NCBI RefSeq assembly: GCF_006345805.1
Contig: NC_043002.1
Coordinates: 44,516,001 to 44,580,000, forward strand
Length of the DNA: 64,000 nt
Reading direction: 5' to 3'
Source: Octopus sinensis
Lineage: Eukaryota
In this document: in pieces, positions 55,000-64,000 of the stretch
How the letters are laid out: every line of letters begins with the position of its first letter
How positions within the stretch are numbered: the stretch's first letter is position 1
Notes under the pieces: generated by a model
What the model was told of the DNA's origin: nothing
The model's input: the letters and a program-made list of their open reading frames with translations, nothing else
The model's database searches: none
Position numbers and translations under genes: made by a program

Positions 55000-57950
55000 T
55001 ACATTGGTACAAAGCAGAAAAAGTAAAGGGAAAATTTAACGAAGTGACAATAAAATTTTAAACAATTCACGAATGGATGTGGGGAAACTTCCGAAGTCTA
55101 CCCAGGAAAATGCCACAAAAAGCATGGTCACACTGATCACTCAGGCAGGCGACCTCACCATCCCGTCTTCTTACCAGTCTCAACTTTTAAACGAATTTAC
55201 TGGAAAGTAATACTTCGCATTCTATGTTCGTTTTCCTTGTCAAGTAAAAATTGAAAAAGTTGATGAGGGCCTGGAAAAGATGAAAGAACCACAGTGAATC
55301 TCCTCATTCAATTTTGTTTACAACACAACCTCTTTCTCCATGATTACTAGAGAGATAAAGTGGGGATTAGTCTTCACGGGAGACTCACAGATAGCCAAAT
55401 CTGTCCCACATAACTTATATCAGAAATCATTGGGCACTGATCTTTCAAATGCAGAACGATCTCATCTATCTGCTTGCATCTCGAATAATCTTGCTGTCAG
55501 CACTTCTGTATCTGTAGTGATTACATCCAAACGACAATACCTACGATAATAGTGTCAAGAGTTTCTGATATTATTCATGGACCTCTAATTGAACGTCCTA
55601 CAGAATAAACCAGTCACTAATCCTCTATAGAATGCTAATGTGGAATTTTCGACGACTGTATTCTCTCATTGGTTGAGGGTTGTAAGTGCCTGACGATTTT
55701 CTAAATGTCAACGCCCTGTATCCAGGTTTACTTCATTCAGGACTGAAGCGCTGTAAAAGAGACGAACTTGGAAAAACGGTCTTACAAATGCAACCACACA
55801 TACTCACTCTCAAGAAAATGCTGGAGTTGTAACCTCACTGCATGCCTGCTGACTATCAACTAAGGAATCTCTAGACTTTCACGAAGTGGACGTTGTCAGT
55901 AAATTGACTTTCCAGAGAAAGCGAAAGAGCCAACGCTTTCGTCTATTCAAACTTGAAATAGGGTAAGTAACAACGATCTGGCGGTAATGTAAGACAGATG
56001 CCATGTAGGCTTTCGCCACCGACGTTCCACCTTTGAGGGATAGCTTCTTCTCAGCCATTTCTGAGTCAAACAGGCCACACTAATTGTCACCTCATTCCTG
56101 TTCTTGTTCAGTTAGAGTCCCGTCTCAAAACCAAGATAATTTAACCGGTCCATCCATTCATTACCACACAATAGGTGACAGCATAGATCTGCCTCTGCAG
56201 AAACCGAGCTGCAAGCACACTGACATTCACTAACATTGCTTTTGCCACGCCTCATATTCCCTTAGAGTGATACCGGTCAACTTGGTGTCCTTGGTGTCCG
56301 AAATTATTACATTGACGTCGTCTGCATATACCAAAACCAGTCTTCCACACCCTAGTTCGCATGAAGTGTCCCTCAACATACCTAGTGTCTTCAGTAGGGA
56401 CTCTAAAATCAATCTACCCATAAGACACGAGTGTTGAAAACCTACGCATAAGACACGAACGTTGACCGTGTGCATGATACTGACGATTTCAGGTAGTCGT
56501 TGACCATTGATAATTTAACGATTTAGCCCCTGAAAATGGAGGCGAAACTGGCCACTATTCGCAAACAGCCGACACGTATTAGTAGTCGACCCTATCGAAA
56601 GTTTTCAACTGATCCAGGCTTACTTGGATAACCTGATACCAGGTTACTTAATTACTCATTCTATGATGTATCGATTGCGCATCTTTAGTCAGACCATCGA
56701 GAAGAGCCAAAATCTTTGCTAATATCTTGACCAATATCTTGCACTCTGAGCTTTGCAAGAACCGGATATTCTTCCATGCTGTGCCAGTTGTGGTAGACAT
56801 CTGTTAAATGTCGTTGAACAAGTCCGTTACAATAGTGTAAAGATCATCTAGGCAACTTATCCTTGTGCAGTCAGATATGATTTATCTTATTTCAGTGTCT
56901 GTTTCGGCCATTCGCAACATCCACATCTGCCAGCGTGATTTGCAGTAGTGTGTCCAGTTAGGGTTTGACTCCTTACTTGTCGAGAGTAATCGAGCAAAGT
57001 TCCACTGAAATGCTCAAAGCCTGCTTGTCTAATCAAGCTACTGTAATCTTGACGGACCGAGAAAGAAGCGTTCAGCTTCCAGTAACTTGGGACCTGCCTA
57101 CGAAGTCCATCCTACAAATCCGTGGTTTGTGAAGCCAATCACTTTATATTGTGGAAATGTATGCTGACTAGCCTCCAGAAAACTCAATGTAAATACAATC
57201 TAGCCTGGGGTGTGGCTTGTCCATGTGCAGAATGGTTCATTCGAGAAATCTTCTCAGTACCTCTCAGACAGTTTCAAACACCTGAATGTTAGCGACTGGA
57301 TTTCTGAAACGTCTGGTGTGTTGTTTGTGTTCTAGATGTAGGGACTTCTTCCAGTGTTGTTGCTGGGAATGTAAATTATTTTTGTTGCTGTTACATACTG
57401 TTGTTGTAGCTGCTTGTTGATGTTTGTGTTGTGGTTGTTGCTGTTGCTGGTGATGTTGCTATTGTGACGTTGGCAATAATGGAGGTCTAGTTTCTGCAGT
57501 CACATTAAGTTGTTTTGAATGCAGAAGTCTTTGGGACAGTTGGTATTTCCAGTTGTAGCAAGAAGACCTTCTAATCTTTACTTCCTCTCAAACTTTCCTC
57601 CTTGGATCTTTATTAGTTCGGGAACTTTTTCCAGTCTCAAACATCCATCATAACGAGTATCTCCAACCTCATCTCAACCGATATTTTTCGGAATCTTTTA
57701 TTTGTAGCGGTGTGCTAGGCTCTCTTAATACCATACATTCCACCACCCACAAAAATTTAGTTTTGGTGACATATTCAAATTATTTACTAAAATTACTTTC
57801 TGTCCAACGCCCAACGATGTTTTCAGACGATATATAAACGCTTCCCCAGGAGCCAAGCTGCAAATTCACAGACTTTTCCTGGTTATCTAAAGCTTAATGG
57901 TTGATTATACTGTTATTGTGGTTCTTCTGGTTCTTTCCGTCGTTGGATCT
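55000..57950 (-). mobile_element. Old, long L1/Tx1-like element (probable ORF1, endonuclease and RT)
   Basis: LVYADDVNVIIS (56230-56475); LAFYRGLV near 55620; endonuclease-like stretch 57150-57330; low-complexity linker 57330-57480. Confidence 0.7.
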
Positions 57951-58619
57951 GTTGTTCGTTTTATTTAGATCTCTAGAAAGTAGAGTTAGTACCCTTTTAT
58001 GTTTGCCTTCATTTAGTTTTCAACAAAATTTGATTAGAAGTACAAGTTGAAGTGTGATATTGCAACACACAAGACAAAAATACATAAATAAACCAACATA
58101 GAGGGAATTTAACAAGCCACACAGCTAAGAGTAGAAACAGCCGGTTCAGGGTCAACTAGGAATGCTTATAGTTAAACCACACGGTTAAGGGTACATTCGA
58201 AGAATTTTGACTGGGATTTTAATTACATCATGCTAAAAAGTACATTAGAATTTTGATGAAATAAATGGGTCTGCTGCTTATTGTTCATTAAAATATAACA
58301 ATTATTGATATTATGTTATATGCACATTTTAAGTACAGTGACACATTAACAGATATTGAGGATAAGATACGAAGATATATAAAGGAATTATTAAATCAAT
58401 CGTCCTTAAAATATCTACTCATTTTTATAATAAAAGTAAAAAGTGGAATATCTCTTACCAAGAATATGCAGAGAAAAAGCAAAAGAAGCGATCTCATGCA
58501 AAGAAGATAAACTTTTACAAACATGAAAACAGAATATTACCAACTTCACACAATACAAATAAACGTTGAAAAAGAAAATAACATTATCATGTCCAAGCTG
58601 TAATAAATGACTTGTATGA

Positions 58620-58770
58620 GTGTTTAACTCAATTATCTTGTTTTTTAGCTTTGAGTTCTGTGTTTGATATTGGTCTTACTCTTCTGTAATATTCTCTCCA
58701 AATATTTGCATTGGCGACTGTGGCCTAATTCTCTGATTTCTGTGTCTATGTGAAAAGCATGTAGACACAA
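58620..58770 (-). pseudogene. R4/Dong RT fragment
   Basis: IRELG..KYL / EYYRRVRPISNTELK remnants. Confidence 0.5.
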
Positions 58771-58829
58771 CAAAAATAATTACAGTACCGGCAACAACAC
58801 TGAAAGCAGCACCTACATTTACAACACAG

Positions 58830-58990
58830 ATAATACACTAGACGTTCGAGAAATCAGTCGGTAATATTCAGGCGTTTGCAACAGTCTAAGAGGTACTGAC
58901 CAGCAAGATTTCTCGAATCCACATGGAAAAATCACACCCAGGAATATAGATCGTATTTACATTGAGCTTTCTGTAGGCTAGTCTGTATAG
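58830..58990 (+). pseudogene. Tx1-like APE endonuclease fragment, inverted relative to 57150-57330
   Basis: TWKN..IDRIYIE motif; nucleotide similarity to the reverse complement of 57150-57330. Confidence 0.65.
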
Positions 58991-60869
58991 ATCGCATAAA
59001 TTTTCACATACATTGCGTTACACAGAGATACGCCAAGATAATGCAATTAAAATAAGAGAGCAAACCTGAACACATAAAAACATATCAAGAAAATATCTCT
59101 GGGAATCAAACGTAAAACAAATTTATAAGCTAATATCAAAAGATATCCCAGAATTTAGAAATGCAATCAAGATTGCTAGCAAGTAGAAGGAATTTAAAAT
59201 GTACAAATTCTCCTGTTTCTATAAAAATAAATGTTGATGTGTAGGTTCTATTAATAACAGTTTGTCACATAAATACATATCTCCTTCATATGCAATCGAG
59301 GATGTATCTCTGTGAGTATGTAATAGCAGTAACACTGTGTCATATCTAATAACAGGAGTTAAATGTAATCCTTGAAGGAATAATACTAATATAGAAGGAA
59401 TAATACTAATTTCTAATATATAAAGTTCAAGAACATTTAAACTTCACACTGATAATTTATTTATCGGCAATAATCCTTGATATCTATACTTCTGAACAGA
59501 CTGGCATTTCAGTAGAGGATTCTTATAAGAAGATTAGAAAATGTGTCGTAAAGGATACAACAAACTAAATAAAAATTTGCAAAGATTATAAATCACAGAG
59601 ATACTTTTCTATTCACATGACATTGTGAAATGTTGCTGATAATGTATAGAAATAATATAAGTACACGTCTAACCAAGTAAAGAAAACATCACTGACAAAA
59701 TAGAAAATATTATTAACACGGCGGCGCAAATGTAAGATAAAAAGTCACGTTGCTTCATAGAAAGAAGCATAATTCGCAAAATGCTAATATCAAAACTTTT
59801 TTATGTAGCTCTACTTCGCTAAAATATCTGACAAAGCAAATCATAAATGTTTCCAAATGTTATAGATACAAAAAAAAAGCCATTAAACGAAACAACGAGA
59901 ATGGAGCCTATGTTCTCAACTGGAAGTAAACAATTAGTAAATTATTAGAAAGAAGTGCTAACGCTACTCTGATAACGGATTTTAAATTAAAATTTAAGTT
60001 AAAACTTGAAATATTGAGTAAGACATACATTTGGTACAGATAACGACCTGAAAAGGAAAGCTTTTACTAAATATGCCTATCTACTAAAACAGATATATTT
60101 CCATATTTGTCATCAACACCTGCACAGATAAGATTAATTTCATGTTAGCCACTGATCTGATATTTTTCATCGCCTCATTATAATCATAATTATAGTCCAT
60201 AAATTAGATTGTTTCTGTTATGGTGGCAGATAGCGCCCCCAGGTATTTTTCCTCACTCCTTTCGAGAGTTTGATGCTTCCTCATACATATCAACATAATG
60301 ATTCTTGGAAGAAATCTATGCCTCGCTGGGGAGCGGGGTTCTGTTGCAACAAAAATTATACATGCACGCATTATGTTTCGTAAGGGAAAATATAACGGCT
60401 ATGATATTCTAGGATGTTCCTGATTAGATTTGTAAAAAGATCAAAGATAAACACGTAACTGATCAAAGGGGGAGAGAAATTATCAAATCTATTATCATGT
60501 GATTTTTTCCGAAGCAATTTTTAAAAAAAAACATCTCACCGAATTGATAATGAACAAGATATGGATAATGAGTGAAAAACTAACACCAATAATATCTGTT
60601 AAGGAAAAAGAAATTAAATAAACGCCATAGCACCCAGCTCTACAAACGACTACACAGAGATTTCAAAAATTAGTCGTGCAACGCATACTACATATTTTAT
60701 GCAAGGCATTTTCAATCTAATAACTAATACTTCCCAAAACTGAAGTTTTGAAATCTTAATATACAATTTATATAATACCCTACAAATAGAAAATGCTACA
60801 ACTGCTCCTGCTGCTCTTTCTACTGTTAGTATTAATAAAAATGAAAATAAAAATATTAATGACAATCAT

Positions 60870-61273
60870 TTCCACCAAAGGCAGAAGGCCTGATATTTTG
60901 GGTGAATGAGGTATAGTCGCGTTCATCAACCTCATTTCATTCAAATGGTCCTTACTTCATCGACCCCGGAAGGATGGAAGGTAAACTCAGCCTACATTAT
61001 AACAACATAATGTCTGTTCGTCCACTTAACAACAACAAGAATAATAATAATAGCCCTTTCTATTATAGGTACAAGGCCTGAAATTTTCGGGTGTGAGGAC
61101 TAGTCGATTACATGGAACCAGCGTTTCCCTGGTACTAAATTTATCGATTCCGAAAGATGAAAGTCAAAGTTAGCCACAGACGAAAGCTGCTAAGCATTTT
61201 GCCCGACATGCTAGCGATTTTGCCTGGTCATCGCCTGAATAACAACAACAACAATAATTATAATAATAATAAG

Positions 61274-61337
<64 letters not shown>

Positions 61338-61573
61338 TCTACTCTAGCCACATGGTATTGCAACGTTTAGGTCGCGGAAGGAGGCTAGTCAATTACATCG
61401 ACTCCAGTGCCTAACTGGTACTTATTTAATCGACCCCGAAAGGATGAAAAGCAAAGTCGACCTCGGCGGAATTTGAACTCAGAACGTAGCGGCAGACAGA
61501 ATACCGCTATGCATTTCTCCCTGCTTTAACAACAACAACAGCAATAATGATATTAATAATAATAATAATAATG

Positions 61574-61615
<42 letters not shown>

Positions 61616-61655
61616 GTAATAACAATAATAGCAGCAACAACAATAATAATAATTT
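60870..61655 (-). mobile_element. Three family-1 SINE pieces interleaved with (AAT)n/(TTA)n tracts
   Basis: Repeated atcgaccccgaaaggatgaaa..caaagt cores separated by trinucleotide tracts. Confidence 0.75.
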
Positions 61656-61799
61656 ATTAGCTACAACGAAGGGAAAACATTTAAGACAATATGCATACAA
61701 ATTACGTTTGGGAATTTACCTATATTCGTATAAACAATAAAGTAATAACATAATAAAAAGAAGAACATTGATAAAACAAATTTCCCCAATAGCTTATCA

Positions 61800-63520
61800 A
61801 TGTACCAAGCAGAGGTGACCTGGGGACCCTCACATATTCTAGATTATTCTGACTGCCAAAGTAACGCTCCTATTTCAACTCTTTTCTCCATCATATGTGA
61901 AGCTGTCTGTTCCAGCATCTGTCCCAGAGGTCCCTTTCACGGTGGGCGACGAGTTTTCCACCAGCAGCGATCGTGTCTTTACAGCAGTTGCAACTATTGT
62001 TTCTGGAGTGGGGACAAGATTCGCCCTTCTCAACTTTTCTATATTTTGTGACGTCCTCTATTTTTTTCCACTTTTCTTCTAGGAATTGATGTATGGAGGT
62101 TACTCCAATGAGCGTAGCCCAGTTATTGGTAGTGTTGTTCTTAGTCATCGAGTTTTGCTTCGTGTTTCATTTTGTTATTGCTTTCATCACTGCTCTTGTT
62201 GTTGTTTTTGCTGCTATTACTAAGTATGCTGTGGCTATTCATGTTGCTGCTATTATTATCTTTGTTACGTTGCTGCTGTTGCTGTTGTAGCCGTCCTCGC
62301 ATTCGCACTAATTTCATTTGGAACCTCATGGTAAAACTTCCATCGAACACGTTGCCTGTCGTTTAGAGAGTTGTGGGCACCTGATGATACTCTAGATGCA
62401 AGATACTCTTCTCGGTCTCCGCTTAATCCAGTTCTGCAGCACTATAAAAGAGACGAACTGGGAAAACGAGAGTCTAACAAACTACGTCTAAACCTACTAA
62501 TTGTTGAGGAAGCACTGAAGATGCCGTGGTTCCAGTGCATGTTCGCAAATAATAAGGCAGGGCATGGCCAATGCTCCACCCAGTAAATGTTGACAGAAAA
62601 TGGACCGTCTGACCAGCGAAACCCATCCTTTCAACGGAAAATAAAAGAGCAAGTGATCCAGTTTTTCTGCCATGGAACGAGACACTCCACGTTGCTGCCG
62701 GGCAGTAAGGACTCCCTCTCCAACAGCCGAGCCGCAGACTGAATGATTTTCTTGATTATGTTTTGTTCTACACAGAATTCCCCTCAATACCACTAATTTC
62801 TGCAATGCTGGCTCGTGTACCATTACTTATGGAACAAGGGACAGTGGATCCAAACGCATGATTATAAGCGGTTCAGATATAAGGCCATTAACTCTACAAA
62901 CAGGGTCGGAACCAGCCGCCGTGAGGACAGTCGCCAAGCATTGATGATCAATGCAATCAAAATCTTTTTATTTATCTAAAATCAACCAGCTCCCGTCTAT
63001 GCCAGGATACATACACACCTATATGTTGTGTGATGTAGAGATTGTCGTTCCAGTACGTCGGACTGAATACCTTTCCCAGGCGCCTCCTCTACGTTTCTAA
63101 CAAGCTAGCTCTCCTTCTAGTCTAGAATTTCCTGTCATATTTCCTTAATAAAACCTTATCTACTCTAGTCTAAATGCTCTTATCAGGTTAACTAACTGGT
63201 TGAAGATTACTCCCGTCAACAGTTTTTTAACTAACTCTTATCTAGACTCTGTAAAGTTGGCGCACCGACAAAGATGCGTACTTTATCCAGTACTCAACCT
63301 TTCTAGATCAAACGTGCAAATCACAAATTTTTGGTCGAGGAAGCTGACTACGTTGTAGTTTGGATAACAATTAATATCTATATTCTCAAGTCAACAGAAT
63401 ACTCAATCTAGATACGATTTGACTGACCTGATACTATTTAGCCATATCCATATTGCCACCTACAGGAAATCCAGTCGGCACTTCTCAGACAGTTGGAAAC
63501 ATTAGAGCAGCTTTGCCAGG
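61800..63520 (-). mobile_element. Degraded L1/Tx1-like pieces
   Basis: SYLD..DQKFVIC (endonuclease C-terminus, ~63300-63430); VRRSIFCQHLLGGALAMP (62497-62823); homologous to ~55740-55800. Confidence 0.65.
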
Positions 63521-64000
63521 TTTTCGCACCTTACTCTCCAGGAAGAGTATATAGCACCGTAAACTTCAGTGGCATTTGAATCCATAAAGTCAGAAGTTAT
63601 GCAGCTAAGCACTTTGTCCGACATGCTGACAATTCTCCCGGCTCGCCGTCTTACGCATAGTAATAATTATAATAATTGCTTTTAGGGGGCAGAGTGTTAG
63701 ATGTTGCCATCACTGCAATGCTTCACTTGTATCTTATTTTTTATCGTGCCAAAAAAGGAGGAAAAGTAAAGTTGATCTCGGCAGCATAATAATAATAATA
63801 ATAATAATAACAATAATAATAGTAATAATAAGTGTTATCATGTACATTGTTTTGTCTTGGTATAAAAGATGGGCTACAGCAAATATTCCGCTCAATACCA
63901 CAGATTTGCTTGTCAGTTGTTTGACCTTAACCAGTTGAGCATGTCCCTTAGTGGCTGACGATATGTGCATCTCTGATCACGAGCAGAAGTAGTGGGGGAG

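Noticed and set aside
59040-60870. Hydrophobic minus-strand peptides resembling a GPCR or signal peptide (e.g. ORF 60650-60865)
   Set aside because: Frequent stops, no family motif, and T-rich sequence naturally encodes F/L/I. A tBLASTn/HMM search would be needed to revive it.

Overview
AT-rich eukaryotic DNA made almost entirely of repeats. I infer a coleoid cephalopod, probably Octopus, from the tRNA-derived SINE families and the dense (TA)n/(CA)n/(GATA)n/(TAA)n microsatellites. I found no confident host exon, rRNA gene, true tRNA gene or CRISPR array. Most ORF-track entries are microsatellite translations or antisense frames of transposons. The window holds about 20 SINE copies in three families, four mariner relics (one full length with TIRs), MITEs, non-autonomous Helitrons, Penelope-like (PLE) pieces, L1/Tx1-like LINEs and R4/Dong-like RLE retrotransposons. 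The main signals are: (1) a ~16 kb same-strand array of about 12 R4/Dong-like elements from several subfamilies, punctuated by (TAA)n tracts, including a stop-free ~812-aa RT ORF; (2) Tx1-like LINEs with no poly(A) tail sitting head-to-tail inside (GATA)n; (3) PLE-like fold-back elements flanked by (TA)n, some carrying hammerhead ribozyme motifs. One hammerhead (7386-7433, minus) has a complete catalytic core, and another has an unusually large domain II. Together these suggest three retroelement classes, each associated with a different microsatellite. Boundaries of degraded elements are approximate and were read by eye.
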